Shown: positions 1-10,353 of the stretch, in pieces
Numbering within the stretch: position 1 is the first letter of the stretch
How the letters are laid out: each line of letters opens with the position of its first letter
Translations under genes and position numbers: made by a program
Notes under the pieces: model-generated
Databases searched by the model: none
Seen by the model: only the letters and a program-made list of their open reading frames with translations
What the model was told of the DNA's origin: nothing
Assembly: GCA_965199955.1 (NCBI GenBank)
Contig: CBDATQ010000001.1
Location: 2,080,001-2,144,000, forward strand
Reading direction: 5' to 3'
DNA length: 64,000 bases
From: Spirochaetia bacterium
GTDB taxonomy: Bacteria; Spirochaetota; Spirochaetia; SZUA-6; Bin103

Positions 1-640
1 CCGGTCCCGCCATGTGCTCCTCGAAGTTGTAGGTGAACATGCGCCGCTCGGTGCCGCCGCCCCAGGAGCTGTGCTTGGTCTTGTGATTGAACAGCAGCAT
101 GTCGCCGGGGGTCGAGGCGATGGCGTAGCCGGGCAGGTCGCTGCCGTCCATGCCCCAGAACTCGTCGCTACGGGCGTGGAGGGTGAGGGGAACCGCCCGG
201 TGCAGGCCGTCCGCGTAACGGTCGCCGGCGTGGCAGCTCCCCGGGAACACGCGCAGGCAGCCTGAACCGGCGTCCACGGGGTCGAGGTAGAAGGCGATCT
301 TCAGCGAGTGGTACGGATCCGCGAGGTCGTGGTCGGAGTGCCAGTTGGTGTCGCCGACGTAGTAGTTGCCGTCGCTGCCCGCGTAGTTGTAGTCCTGCCC
401 CAGCAGGCTGGCGACCACGCAGTCGATGCGCGGATCGTCCAGCAGGCCGCACAGGTACTCGTCCCGGTCCGCGAACGGGATGAGCATCGACCGTTCCCGG
501 TGGTCGTGGACGCGGCCGCTGGCGGCCCAGATGCGCTCGAAGGCGGCGGTGATCTCGCCGACCTCGTCCGCGAACAGCGCCGGGAAGCGCAGGAATCCGA
601 AGGTCCGGTAGAAGGCGAGCTGTCGGTCGTCGAGTATCAT
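1..640 (-). CDS. PhyH-family Fe(II)/2-oxoglutarate dioxygenase, 3' end runs off the window
   Basis: My translation from ATG 640 (not in the ORF track): MILDDRQLAFYRTFGFLRFPALF...YVGDTNWHSD...KIAFYLDPV...GCLRVFPGS...PGDMLLFNHKTKHSSWGG..RRMF. HxD...H triad present. Confidence 0.85.
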   Translation of the reverse strand, partial: MILDDRQLAFYRTFGFLRFPALFADEVGEITAAFERIWAASGRVHDHRERSMLIPFADRDEYLCGLLDDPRIDCVVASLLGQDYNYAGSDGNYYVGDTNWHSDHDLADPYHSLKIAFYLDPVDAGSGCLRVFPGSCHAGDRYADGLHRAVPLTLHARSDEFWGMDGSDLPGYAIASTPGDMLLFNHKTKHSSWGGGTERRMFTYNFEEHMAGP

Positions 641-723
641 GGATCGAGCGTCTCGGTGCGCCGCCCCAGTATTTGCTACCCTGTGCCGGGCAGGCAACCC
701 AGCGTGGGGCGAGGAGGAACACG

Positions 724-1770
724 ATGAAAGGCGTCGTCTTCACCGGGGACCGTGGACTGGAGGTTCGCGAGTTGCCGATTCCGGAACCCGGACCCGAGCA
801 GGCGCTGGTTCGGATGGCGGCCTCCTCCATCTGCGGAACCGACATGCACTTCTACCGCAAGAGCTGGGACGAGCTGGTGGAGTTCCGCGAGTCGTTCAAC
901 GGGTCGCCCGACACCATCCCCGGCCACGAGCCGTGCGGGGTGGTGGAGGCGGTCGGCGCCAACGTCACCTCGGTCGCGCCGGGTGACCGGGTGACCGTCT
1001 ACCAGCACGTCGGCTGCGAGAGCTGTGGCTACTGCCGCCGGGGCGAGGTGATGTTCTGCCCGGAGCGAACGGGCTACGGGTCCGTGCACGACGGCTCGTC
1101 CGCGGACTACGCGCTGGCGCCGGCGCGCAACTGCATGCGCATTCCGGATGCGCTGAGCTTCGACCGCGCCGTGGTGCTCTCCTGCGCCGGCGGCACTGCG
1201 TACCAGTCGATCCAGCGCATCGACCCGTCCGGCGCCGACACCGTGGGCATCTTCGGGCTCGGCCCGGTGGGCCTGTGCGCCGTCGCGTTCGCGGTCGCGC
1301 GCGGGGCGCGCGTGGTCGGGCTGGACCTGCAGCCGGAACGGCTGCGCCTGGCGCGAGGCATGGGCGCCGAGCGGGTGATCGACGCCTCCTGTCAGGACGC
1401 GGTCGCCGAGCTGCTGGAGATGACCGGCGGACGCGGGCTGGACGCCGCCGCCGACTACTCGGGCAGCCCGCGGGCGCAGCAGGCGATGGTGGCGGCCGCC
1501 GGCAAGTGGGCGCGGCTGGGGCTGATCGGCGTCGGCGAGCCGTTCGAGCTTGACGCGTTCCGCGGCATGATCATGCGCCAGCTCACCCTGATGGGATCCT
1601 GGATCTACAACCTGGGCCAGTTCGAGGAGATCGTCGATCACGTGCTGGAGCGGGACATCCCGCTGGAGGAGCTGATCACCCATCGCTATACGATCGACCA
1701 GGCCGAGGAGGCGTTCCGGGTGTTCGACGCGGGCGCGACCGGCAAGGTGGTGTTCACATGGGAGTCCTGA
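724..1770 (+). CDS. Zn-dependent alcohol dehydrogenase (MDR family)
   Basis: SICGTD, GHE, CxxCxxC..C structural Zn site and GLGPVG. RBS GAGGAGG precedes ATG 724. Confidence 0.92.
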   Translation: MKGVVFTGDRGLEVRELPIPEPGPEQALVRMAASSICGTDMHFYRKSWDELVEFRESFNGSPDTIPGHEPCGVVEAVGANVTSVAPGDRVTVYQHVGCESCGYCRRGEVMFCPERTGYGSVHDGSSADYALAPARNCMRIPDALSFDRAVVLSCAGGTAYQSIQRIDPSGADTVGIFGLGPVGLCAVAFAVARGARVVGLDLQPERLRLARGMGAERVIDASCQDAVAELLEMTGGRGLDAAADYSGSPRAQQAMVAAAGKWARLGLIGVGEPFELDAFRGMIMRQLTLMGSWIYNLGQFEEIVDHVLERDIPLEELITHRYTIDQAEEAFRVFDAGATGKVVFTWES

Positions 1771-2969
1771 GCCCCGCACAGATCGCCCTCTTCCGCGACG
1801 ACGGCTTCCTGGTCGTGCCGGACCTGATGAGCAAGGACGAGATCGACGGGCTGGCCGATGCGGTCCGTTCCGAGTTCGTGACGCAGCGCCACATCGGCGT
1901 GGGCAGGCACTTTCCGGATCCGGGCAAGTACACCCTGTCCGAGGACAGCCTGCGGCTGGCCGACGTGCGCCGCGTGGTCGACCACCCGCAGGTGACGGCC
2001 GCCGTCTCCGAGCTGCTGGAGGACGAGATCCGCATCTCCGCCTTCGTGATCTACGCGATGCCGCCCGGCAGCCAGGGCACCGGCGGCGACTACCAGGGGA
2101 CGCACGAGTCCGCGCACTGCGACTACAAGCCGTACCGGCCGGTCGGCTCCTCGATGCGCTGGCTGTTCGTCATCGTGCCGCTGGTCGACTACACCGAGGA
2201 GATCGGCCCGCTGCTGGTGTCACCGGGATCGCACAAGATCCCCAGGCTGACGCGCCGGGGACGGATCACGCACGTGGAGCGGGCGCGGGGCGACCAGCTC
2301 CGGCCGTTCCAGGACACCAGGCTGCGGCGCGGACAGGTCGCCTTCATGGACATGTTCACGTGGCACCAGGCGTTCGGAAACCGTTCCGAGACGCTGCGCT
2401 TCGGCGTCTACAACAAGTACCGGGCGCGCAGCGCGCCGCCGGGCTGCGGGCCCTACCTGTTCCGCGAGCACTCGGCGGAGCTGTTCGACCACGCCGGCGC
2501 GGAGTTGCTGGAGAACCGCATCGAGGGCCGTGTCGCACAGACCAGGCTGCTGGTGGAGAAGGATGACCGGTTCCTGGTCCTGGACGGGCCGGACGGGTCG
2601 CCAGCGGTGCCCGGCGGGGCGGCGCAGCCGGCCATGAAGCGGGTTGGCACCGACGACGACAACGTGATCGACGCGCTGATGAGCGCCGCGCGTCCGCAGC
2701 TCGGCGGCGACCTGCCCTGGGTCAGCTACGTGGGCGACTACCTGGTGGGCGACGGCTCGGCCGACGTCTGCCGCGTGTACGCCTGTCCGCACGAGGAGCT
2801 GACGCGCGACAACGGCCCGGCTCCCGCCACGGCGAGCTGGCACTTCTTCGACCGGCTCGGCGCCGAAACCGGCACCCCGTACCTGACGGAAGCGGCCGAG
2901 CGATGGCTGACCGAGCCCGTCGTGCGAGGCATCGGCCAGTCGAACGAACAGGCCAAGTTCAAACCGTAA
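1758..2969 (+). CDS. PhyH-family dioxygenase with C-terminal NUDIX-like extension
   Basis: FRDDGFLVVPDL start, HCD motif, PGSH, distal WHQ. About 150 extra C-terminal residues (LLVEKDDRFLVL...PGG). Confidence 0.8.
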   Translation: MGVLSPAQIALFRDDGFLVVPDLMSKDEIDGLADAVRSEFVTQRHIGVGRHFPDPGKYTLSEDSLRLADVRRVVDHPQVTAAVSELLEDEIRISAFVIYAMPPGSQGTGGDYQGTHESAHCDYKPYRPVGSSMRWLFVIVPLVDYTEEIGPLLVSPGSHKIPRLTRRGRITHVERARGDQLRPFQDTRLRRGQVAFMDMFTWHQAFGNRSETLRFGVYNKYRARSAPPGCGPYLFREHSAELFDHAGAELLENRIEGRVAQTRLLVEKDDRFLVLDGPDGSPAVPGGAAQPAMKRVGTDDDNVIDALMSAARPQLGGDLPWVSYVGDYLVGDGSADVCRVYACPHEELTRDNGPAPATASWHFFDRLGAETGTPYLTEAAERWLTEPVVRGIGQSNEQAKFKP

Positions 2970-2986
2970 CGCCCTGGGGTATCAGC

Positions 2987-3937
2987 ATGAAGATCCTTGT
3001 CAGCTTCTCCTTCACCGCCGCGCAACGCGCGGAGCTCGATGCCGTGGCCCGGCGCCACGGCGGCCACGAGGTGACTCACACCGACGATCCGGCGGTCGCG
3101 CTGGCGGCGGCGCCGGAGGTCGAGGTGGCCATGGGCACCCTCACGCCGGACGTGTTCCTGGCGGCGCGCAACCTGCAGTGGGCGCACTCCTTCAGCGCCG
3201 GCCTGGACATGGTGCTGTCCCCGGAAGCCGCGGCACTGCCGTTCACCCTGACCAACATGGCCGGCAAGTACGCCGCGCAGGGCGCCGAGCACGCGTGGGC
3301 GCTGCTGCTGGCTCTGAGCCGCGGCGTCGTGCACGCGGCGTCCACCCGGCGTTGGGAACAGGCCACGGTCATGTCCCTGAGCGGCGGCACGCTCCTGATC
3401 ATCGGGCTGGGGGGATTCGGTATGCACACCGCGCAGCGCGCCGCCGGCTACGAGATGACCGTGCTGGCGCTGGACCCGGTAAAGAGCGCTGGGCCGGCCC
3501 CCGACGGCGTCGCCGAGGTGCTGCCGCCGACGCGGGAGCACCTGCACGCGTTCCTGGCGCGCGCCGACGCGGTGGCGGTCACCTGCCCGCTGGTGCCGGA
3601 GACGTACCACCTGATCGGCGCCGAGGAGCTTGCGCGGATGAAGCCGACCGCCTACCTGGTCAACGTCAGCCGCGGCGGCATCATCGACGAGCCGGCGCTG
3701 ATGGCGGCCCTGCACGCGGGCGGGATCGCCGGAGCGGGGCTGGACGTGTGCGAGGTGGAACCGGTGCCGGACGACAGCCCGCTGTGGACCACGCCGAACC
3801 TGGTGCTGACGCCGCACCGCGCCGGCTACTCGCAACATCGCCCGGCGGAGGTCCATGCCTTCGCGCTGCAGCAGCTCGAGCGCTACCTCACGGGTCAGCC
3901 GCTTGAGAACATCGTCGACAAGCGCGCCGGATTCTGA
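2987..3937 (+). CDS. D-2-hydroxyacid dehydrogenase
   Basis: SAGLD, GLGGFG, NVSRGGIIDE, GAGLDV.E.EP and LTPH motifs. Confidence 0.92.
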   Translation: MKILVSFSFTAAQRAELDAVARRHGGHEVTHTDDPAVALAAAPEVEVAMGTLTPDVFLAARNLQWAHSFSAGLDMVLSPEAAALPFTLTNMAGKYAAQGAEHAWALLLALSRGVVHAASTRRWEQATVMSLSGGTLLIIGLGGFGMHTAQRAAGYEMTVLALDPVKSAGPAPDGVAEVLPPTREHLHAFLARADAVAVTCPLVPETYHLIGAEELARMKPTAYLVNVSRGGIIDEPALMAALHAGGIAGAGLDVCEVEPVPDDSPLWTTPNLVLTPHRAGYSQHRPAEVHAFALQQLERYLTGQPLENIVDKRAGF

Positions 3938-3979
3938 ACGGGAGTCGGTGCACCATACTCGGCGCGGGAGGAAGTTAGG

Positions 3980-5152
3980 GTGAAGTACGACGTTCTCATT
4001 GCCGGCGGAGAGGTGATCGACCCGTCGCAACGGATGCGCGGCCGGCTCGACGTGGCGGTCGCGGGCGAGCGCATCGCGGACATCCGCCCGGACATACCGG
4101 CCGAGCAGGGCCGCCACGTGATCGACGCACGCGGCCGGCTGGTGATGCCAGGCCTGGTCGACCTGCACGTGCACGCCTACCGGGACCACACCACGCTGGG
4201 GCTGGACCCCGATCCGCTGTGCGCCGCCGGCGGGGTGACCACGATGCTCGACACCGGCAGCTCGGGCAGCCACAACTTCCCCGGCTTCCTGCGCGACGTG
4301 ATCGTCCCCGCGCAGACCGAGGTGCTGGCGCTCATTCACCTGTCGGCGCTGGGGCTGGCCACCTTCAACCGGACCGGCGAGCTGCTCGACCGCGCGCTGG
4401 CCGACCCCGAGGGCGTGGTGGCCACCATCCGCGCCCATCCCAGCGTCGCCGTCGGCGTGAAGATCCGCGCCACCGGCCGCCTGATAGGCACGGGGGACGC
4501 AGGCTGGGCCAACCTCAGGGACGCGGTCGCTGCGGCGCGCGAGGCCGGCACGATGCTGATGGTGCATATCGGCGAGACGCCGATGCCGGTGCCGGAGATC
4601 GTGGAGCTGCTGGAGCCCGGCGACTGCATCACGCACTGCTTCAAGGGCGGCTCCGAGCGCATCCTGGATCCCGACGACCGGGTCTGGCCCGCCGTCCGCG
4701 AGGCCGCCGAGCGCGGCGTCATCTTCGACATCGGCCACGGCTCCGGGAGCTTCCAGTGGGAGGTCGCCGAGGCGGCGATCGCGCAGGGGTTCCTGCCGCA
4801 GACCATCAGCACCGACCTGCATACCCTGAACGTCAACGGCCCGGTGTTCGACATGCCTACCACCATGTCCAAATTTCTGCACTTGGGGCTGTCGCTGGAG
4901 GAGGTGGTCGAGCGGTCGACCCTCATCCCGGCCAAGGTATTGCTCCGCGACCACGAGATCGGCACCCTGCGGCCGGGGACGCGCGCGGACATCGCCGTGC
5001 TGGACGACCGCGAAGGCCGCTTCGTGTTGACCGACAGCATGGGCACGGACCGCATCGCAACGCGCTGCCTGCGTGCGGCCGCCACCGTCCGTCGCGGCCA
5101 GATCGTGCCGGGGGGCGGAGGGTGGTATCCCCACCGACAAGAGGTGAACTGA
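3980..5152 (+). CDS. amidohydrolase/deacetylase-family metallohydrolase (dihydroorotase-like)
   Basis: PGLVDLHVH, GVTT..DTGS, VGVK, MVHI, THCF, FDIGHG, ISTDLH. Confidence 0.9.
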   Translation: MKYDVLIAGGEVIDPSQRMRGRLDVAVAGERIADIRPDIPAEQGRHVIDARGRLVMPGLVDLHVHAYRDHTTLGLDPDPLCAAGGVTTMLDTGSSGSHNFPGFLRDVIVPAQTEVLALIHLSALGLATFNRTGELLDRALADPEGVVATIRAHPSVAVGVKIRATGRLIGTGDAGWANLRDAVAAAREAGTMLMVHIGETPMPVPEIVELLEPGDCITHCFKGGSERILDPDDRVWPAVREAAERGVIFDIGHGSGSFQWEVAEAAIAQGFLPQTISTDLHTLNVNGPVFDMPTTMSKFLHLGLSLEEVVERSTLIPAKVLLRDHEIGTLRPGTRADIAVLDDREGRFVLTDSMGTDRIATRCLRAAATVRRGQIVPGGGGWYPHRQEVN

Positions 5153-6181
5153 GTGACGGCACTGCAAGCGTTTCTGCACGGCCCGCGCGACCTGCACATC
5201 GAGCCGGTAGAGCTGGACCCGGACGGCCTCGGCCCGCACGAGGTGCTGGTCGACACCGAGGTGTCGGCCCTGAAGATCGGCACCGACCGCGGCAACTACG
5301 AAGGAGCGGACTACGGCATGCAGCCGATCGAGTATCCGCGTCCGGTCGGCGACAGCAGCGTGGGCGTCGTGCGTGCGGTCGGCAGCGCCGTCACGCGTGT
5401 GGCGGTGGGGGACCGGGTCGCCGACCGCCACGGGCATGCGTCCGCGCACGTGTTCGACGCGCGAGGCCACCTGGCCAAGGTGCCGCCGGGGGTCGACCCG
5501 GAGGACGCGGTGTGGTCGCACCTCTACACGCTGTCCGCCTTCTGCTACCGCAAGGCGGGCTTCGAGCCGGGCGAGAACGTCGCCGTGGTCGGCCTGGGCG
5601 TGCTGGGGCTCGGCGCCGTGGCGCTTGGACCGCTGTTCGGGGCGCGGGTGGTCGCCCTGGGCAACAGCCCGGTGCGCATGGAGATGGCGCGCCGCATGGG
5701 CGCGCACGAGGCGTTCCTGTCCTCCGACCCGAACCTGGCCGGGAAGCTGGACCGGTTCACGGACGGGGTCGGCATCGACCTGGTGATCCTGACCGCGAAT
5801 CCGTGGCCGGCCTACCGTACGTCCGTCGAGGTGGTACGCAACGGCGGCCGGGTCTCCATCGTCAGCCTGCTGGGGCGGGGCGAGGAGAAGCTGGACTTCA
5901 ACCCGCTGGTGCTCGACTGGTTCTACGACAAGGGCATCTCGCTGATCGCCGTCAACGGCAGCGCCGGCTACCGGTTCCCGGGTGAGCATGACGAACCTGA
6001 GCGCTTCTCGTGGAACAACTCATGCGCGCACGTGCTGTCGCTGATGGCCGACGGACGCCTGTCACCCAAGCGGCTGATCACCCACCGAATGCCGTACCGG
6101 GACATGAAGCAGGCCTACGAGATGGCCTACCGCCGCGAGAAGGAGATGCTGGGCGTCGTGTTCGACTGGCGCGGCGCCTGA
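5153..6181 (+). CDS. MDR-family oxidoreductase lacking the catalytic Zn ligands
   Basis: MDR fold with GLGVLG. SALKIGTD and GDSS replace CGTD and GHE. Confidence 0.85.
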   Translation: MTALQAFLHGPRDLHIEPVELDPDGLGPHEVLVDTEVSALKIGTDRGNYEGADYGMQPIEYPRPVGDSSVGVVRAVGSAVTRVAVGDRVADRHGHASAHVFDARGHLAKVPPGVDPEDAVWSHLYTLSAFCYRKAGFEPGENVAVVGLGVLGLGAVALGPLFGARVVALGNSPVRMEMARRMGAHEAFLSSDPNLAGKLDRFTDGVGIDLVILTANPWPAYRTSVEVVRNGGRVSIVSLLGRGEEKLDFNPLVLDWFYDKGISLIAVNGSAGYRFPGEHDEPERFSWNNSCAHVLSLMADGRLSPKRLITHRMPYRDMKQAYEMAYRREKEMLGVVFDWRGA

Positions 6182-7140
6182 GCGGCAGGCGGCATCCGGT
6201 CGTCGATTGACCCGCGCCCCTCGGGCGTCGTTCCGGAGTGCCGGGCACCACGCAGGCGGAGGGCACGCGCCGCCAGTCCGCGCTCCGGGGCCGCTACCAG
6301 CGCCACTGCCACCACCACGCCGGCCACGACGGTCATCATGCCGGCCGTGCTGGTGTCGACCAGCCCGAACCAGCGGGGCACCGTGATCGCGCCGACGTGT
6401 CCGCCGACGGCGCAGACCAGCGCCACCCCCTGGCCGAATACCAGCAGCGACCACAGCCGGCGGGTGAACAGGCTTGCCACCACGCCGGGTACGATCAGCA
6501 TCGCGATCACCAGGATGCTGCCGACGCTCTCGAACGCCGCGACGATGGTCACCGCCACCATCACCATCAGCCCGTAGTGCATGAGGCGTGCGTTGCAGCC
6601 GATAGAGCGCGCGAAATCCTCGTCAAAGGAGGTGAGGTTGAGCTCCTTGAACAGCACCACGACGAACAGCAGGTCCGCCGCGAACACCGCGCCCAGGATC
6701 AGGAGCGCCCGCGGCATGCGCACGCCGGCCACCACCACGTCGTTGAGCGGCGCCAGCTCGACCGAGCCGTAGAAGACCGTGTGCACGTCGATGTGGACGG
6801 AGTCGGCGCTGCGCACGATCAGGATCAGGCCGACGGCGAACATGGTGGTGAACACCACGCCCATGGCCGCGCCGCGGTCCACGTTGCCCACTTGGTGGAT
6901 GAGCTGCGTGAAGGCGGCGGTGAGCACGCCGGCGACCGCGGCGCCGATCACGATCACGCCGGTATCGCGGCTGAGCGTGACCAGGAACGCGACGGCGATG
7001 CCGGGTAGCACGGCGTGGCTGATGGCATCGCCCATCATGCTCATGCGGCGCAGCACCAGGAAGCTGCCGATCAGCGCCGACGCCATGGCGCTGACGGCGG
7101 CCACCACCACGATGCCGGTGTCGAGGGCCGTCCAGGTCAC
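6127..7140 (-). CDS. Mn/Zn/Fe ABC permease (TroD-like)
   Basis: GSFLVLRRMSMMGDAISHAVLPG and SFDEDFA. GTG 7140 overlaps the upstream stop; the 3' end overlaps the convergent gene by 55 nt. Confidence 0.88.
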   Translation of the reverse strand: MTWTALDTGIVVVAAVSAMASALIGSFLVLRRMSMMGDAISHAVLPGIAVAFLVTLSRDTGVIVIGAAVAGVLTAAFTQLIHQVGNVDRGAAMGVVFTTMFAVGLILIVRSADSVHIDVHTVFYGSVELAPLNDVVVAGVRMPRALLILGAVFAADLLFVVVLFKELNLTSFDEDFARSIGCNARLMHYGLMVMVAVTIVAAFESVGSILVIAMLIVPGVVASLFTRRLWSLLVFGQGVALVCAVGGHVGAITVPRWFGLVDTSTAGMMTVVAGVVVAVALVAAPERGLAARALRLRGARHSGTTPEGRGSIDDRMPPAAQAPRQSNTTPSISFSRR

Positions 7141-8528
7141 GCGTCGCTGCCCCCCGGCTCGCGGGGAATGGCCAGCTCGTGAGGGCTGGCGGCGACCGCG
7201 ACCGATTCCGCCTGGCCGTCGAGCTCTGCTTCCAGCTCCGCGACCAAGTCGGGTTCCAGCACGTGCTCGATGCGGTCGGCGCCACGGTCCACGCGGCTGG
7301 TGGCCACCTCCGCGTGCCGGATCAGGTACAGCTCCCACAGCCGGTGGTTGCGCACGAGTTGCAGCGCCTGGGCGGCGCCGGTGGGCGTCAGCCGCACGGA
7401 GTCCGGATCGAGCGGCGCCGGCTGCAGCAGGCCGTCCCGGCGCCCGACCCGCAGCGCCGCGGCCAGCGCGCCCCCTGTCCATCCGCGGCGATCGGCCAAC
7501 TGCGCCCGGTCGACGGCGGCCGCCTGCAGATCGGCGCGGCTGGGGGTGGCGCCGAGCCGCCCCTCGACCTGCTCGAACGCCGCCCGCAGCAGGTGCTCGC
7601 GCCGGATCCGGTGGTCGCTCCGGTGGCGCTCGATGAGCATCCGCAGCAGGCCGCGGCGGGTACCGAACAGGACGCTGATGACGAAGCCGACCGCGGTGGT
7701 CGCGACGATGACCGCGCCGGCCGGCAGGCGCGGCACCAGCGCCGAGAGCGCGGCTCCGACGAAGCCCCCCAGCGCGCCGATGAGCGCGGACAGGATCGTC
7801 ATCCTGCGCAGGTTGTAGGTCCAGAAGCGCGCGGCGGCGGCGGGAGTGATGAGCAGGGCAACGATCAGGATCAGGCCCACCGCCTGCAGTCCGATGACGG
7901 TGACCGCCACCACGAGCCCCAGCATCAGGACGTCCAGGACCCCGACCGGCAATCCTTGCGAAGTGGCGTAGTCGGCGTCGAAGCACAACATGTTCAGTTC
8001 TTTGAACAGCAGGGCGGCGACCACCACCAGCACCAGCGAGATCACGCCGATCAGCAGGGCGTCGGAGACCAGCATCGACGCCGTCTTGCCGTAGATGAAG
8101 GAGTCGAGCCCGGCGGCCGAGCCGCGCCGCATCTGCTGGATCATCGCGAGCAGCGTGATGCCGACGCCGAAGGACACCGACAGCACGATGCCCAGGGCGG
8201 CGTCTTCGTGCAGGCGCAGCACGGTGCGCACCACCATCACGGCCGCGATGGCTGCCAATCCGCCCGCGGCGGCTCCGATCAGCAGGCCGGGAAACCACTT
8301 GCCGGTTCCGCCGAGGGCCACCATCACCAGCCACGCCGCCGCGATGCCGGGCAGGGTCGCGTGGCTGACGGCGTCGGACACCAGCGCGCGCTTGCGGAGC
8401 AGCGTGAAGGTGCCGACGATTCCTGCCGCCATGCCCAGGATGCCGACACCGACCACCACGACGCGCGTGTTGAAGTCGCTCAGGGTGAGCACGCGCAGCA
8501 CCTGCTCCCAGGCCGGCAGGTAGCTCAC
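7137..8528 (-). CDS. Mn/Zn/Fe ABC permease fused to a DtxR/MntR-type repressor domain (TroC/YtgCR-like)
   Basis: LRKRALVSDAVSHATLPG permease, then LTPTGAAQALQLVRNHRLWELYL...ADRIEH, the DtxR metal-binding/dimerisation signature. Confidence 0.9.
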   Translation of the reverse strand: MSYLPAWEQVLRVLTLSDFNTRVVVVGVGILGMAAGIVGTFTLLRKRALVSDAVSHATLPGIAAAWLVMVALGGTGKWFPGLLIGAAAGGLAAIAAVMVVRTVLRLHEDAALGIVLSVSFGVGITLLAMIQQMRRGSAAGLDSFIYGKTASMLVSDALLIGVISLVLVVVAALLFKELNMLCFDADYATSQGLPVGVLDVLMLGLVVAVTVIGLQAVGLILIVALLITPAAAARFWTYNLRRMTILSALIGALGGFVGAALSALVPRLPAGAVIVATTAVGFVISVLFGTRRGLLRMLIERHRSDHRIRREHLLRAAFEQVEGRLGATPSRADLQAAAVDRAQLADRRGWTGGALAAALRVGRRDGLLQPAPLDPDSVRLTPTGAAQALQLVRNHRLWELYLIRHAEVATSRVDRGADRIEHVLEPDLVAELEAELDGQAESVAVAASPHELAIPREPGGSDA

Positions 8529-9319
8529 GCGCCGCTCCCGCGCCGCCCCAGCGCGTCGACGGCACGGTCCAGCAGGGTCAGCCGTCCACCGTAGGTCTTG
8601 TGCAGGTTGTCGTCCGTGAACACGTCGGCGACCCGCCCGTAGGCGACCACCCGCAGGTTGAGCATCAGCAGGTCGTCGAAATAGCTGTCGACCGTCTGCA
8701 GATCGTGGTGCACGACGAACACGCTCTTGCCTTCCCGCCGCAGGCGCTGCAGCAGATCGACGATCGTGCGCTCGGTGGCCGCGTCGACGCCCGCGAACGG
8801 CTCGTCCATGAAGAAAATGCGCGGGTCCTGTGCCAGCGCGCGGGCAAGGAACAGGCGCTGCTGCTGTCCGCCGGAGAGCTCCGAGATCTGGCGGCCGGCG
8901 TAGTCGGCCATCCCGACCAGGTCCATGGCCGCGAGGGCCGCCTCGCGCGTCGCGCGGCGCACCGGGCGCAGCCAGCCCACCGACCGGTAGAGGCCCATGG
9001 CGACCAGGTCCAGCGCGCTCACCGGGTAGTCCCAGTCCACGCTCTCGCGCTGCGGCACGTACGCCACCAGCGGCCGCTGCCGCCGGTACGGCTTGCCGTA
9101 GATGCTCACCGATCCCGACACTCGCGGCACCAGGTCCAGCACCCCCTTGAGCAGGGTGCTCTTGCCGGCGCCGTTGGGGCCGACGATGCCCGTGATCGCC
9201 CCGTCACGGGCGGTCACGTCGACGTCCCACAGCACCGGACGACGCCGGTAGGAGATGGTGAGGCCGCGCACGGCGAGCGGGCTGTCGGCGGTCCCGAGCC
9301 CGTTCTGCGCGTGTCTCAT
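8525..9319 (-). CDS. metal ABC transporter ATP-binding protein (TroB-like)
   Basis: GPNGAGKST, YVPQR, LSGGQQQR, DEPFAGVD, HHDL. Confidence 0.93.
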   Translation of the reverse strand: MRHAQNGLGTADSPLAVRGLTISYRRRPVLWDVDVTARDGAITGIVGPNGAGKSTLLKGVLDLVPRVSGSVSIYGKPYRRQRPLVAYVPQRESVDWDYPVSALDLVAMGLYRSVGWLRPVRRATREAALAAMDLVGMADYAGRQISELSGGQQQRLFLARALAQDPRIFFMDEPFAGVDAATERTIVDLLQRLRREGKSVFVVHHDLQTVDSYFDDLLMLNLRVVAYGRVADVFTDDNLHKTYGGRLTLLDRAVDALGRRGSGA

Positions 9320-10314
9320 GGCCCCGTCGCCGCGTGGGACAGGCGCCCCTGGAATCCCAACTCGGGCGCATCGCCCCCCAGCGCCCGCGCCACGGTGGTG
9401 ATGTTGTGGTCCAGCATGCCGACGTAGGTGCCCTCGTACGTGCCGGGCTGACCCATCGCGTCCGAGAACAGCTCGCCGCCGACCACCACCGTGTGGCCGC
9501 GCGCGTCCGCCCCCTCGATCAGGGCGCGGACGTTGCGGTCGGCGATGGTGGTCTCTACGAACACCGCCGCGATGCGCCGCGTGACCAGCAGGTCCACCAG
9601 CCGGTTGATGCGGTCGAGCCCCGCCTCCGACTCGGTCGAGATCCCCTGGATGCCGGCGACGTCCAGCCCGTAGGCGTGTCCGAAGTAGTTGAACGCGTCG
9701 TGCGCGGTCACCAGCATCCGTTGCTGCTCCGGGATCGAGCCCAGGGCCTGGAGCGCGTAATCGTGCAGATCGCCGAGGGTTGCGGTATAGGCCGCCGCAC
9801 GCTCCCGGTAACCGTCCGCGCCATCCGGGTCGAAGGCGGCCAGCGCCTTGGTGACCGCCGTCACGGCGTGCGTCCAGCCCGACACGTCCATCCACAGGTG
9901 CGGGTCGAAGTGGCCGGCGAAGTCCTCCGGCTGCAGCAGCAGCGACTCGTCCACCAGCTCGGTGACGGCGTGCACGGGCCGGCTGCCGGCCACCTTGATG
10001 AGGGCATCGGTCATCTTTCCTTCGAGAAGCAGGCCGGAGTAGAAGACGATGTCGGCTTCCATCAACGCCGCCACATCGCTGCGGGTCGGCACGTACAGAT
10101 GCGGATCGACGCCCTCGCCGATGATCGCGACCACGGTTCCGCGATCCCCGGCCACCTGGCGCACGGTGTCGGCGACCATGCCGGTGGTGGCCGTGATCCG
10201 GAACGGGTAGGTGCGCTCCTCTTCAGCCTCGGTCGGCGAGGCGGACGCATCGTCCGGCTTCGAGCGGTCCCCGCAGGCGGTGAGCAGCACCGCGGCCAGG
10301 ACCGTCATGAGCAT
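9316..10314 (-). CDS. metal-binding lipoprotein (TroA-like)
   Basis: Lipobox LTAC, GVDPHLY, DPHLW, TAHDAF, LFSDAMG. Confidence 0.93.
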   Translation of the reverse strand: MLMTVLAAVLLTACGDRSKPDDASASPTEAEEERTYPFRITATTGMVADTVRQVAGDRGTVVAIIGEGVDPHLYVPTRSDVAALMEADIVFYSGLLLEGKMTDALIKVAGSRPVHAVTELVDESLLLQPEDFAGHFDPHLWMDVSGWTHAVTAVTKALAAFDPDGADGYRERAAAYTATLGDLHDYALQALGSIPEQQRMLVTAHDAFNYFGHAYGLDVAGIQGISTESEAGLDRINRLVDLLVTRRIAAVFVETTIADRNVRALIEGADARGHTVVVGGELFSDAMGQPGTYEGTYVGMLDHNITTVARALGGDAPELGFQGRLSHAATGP

Positions 10315-10353
10315 GGCGCGGCCCGCGTCCTTTTTTTGCACACAGAACATTAC

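Noticed and set aside
2738..5989. 1083-aa minus-strand ORF and other long antisense ORFs (e.g. 59638-61878, 43965-45461)
   Set aside because: Shadow frames of GC-rich genes on the opposite strand; no motifs.
6127..8565. 812-aa ORF (also 16503-18554, 53479-55524, 9334-11295, 42768-45206)
   Set aside because: The real genes start far downstream; the extensions are off-frame read-through of neighbours.
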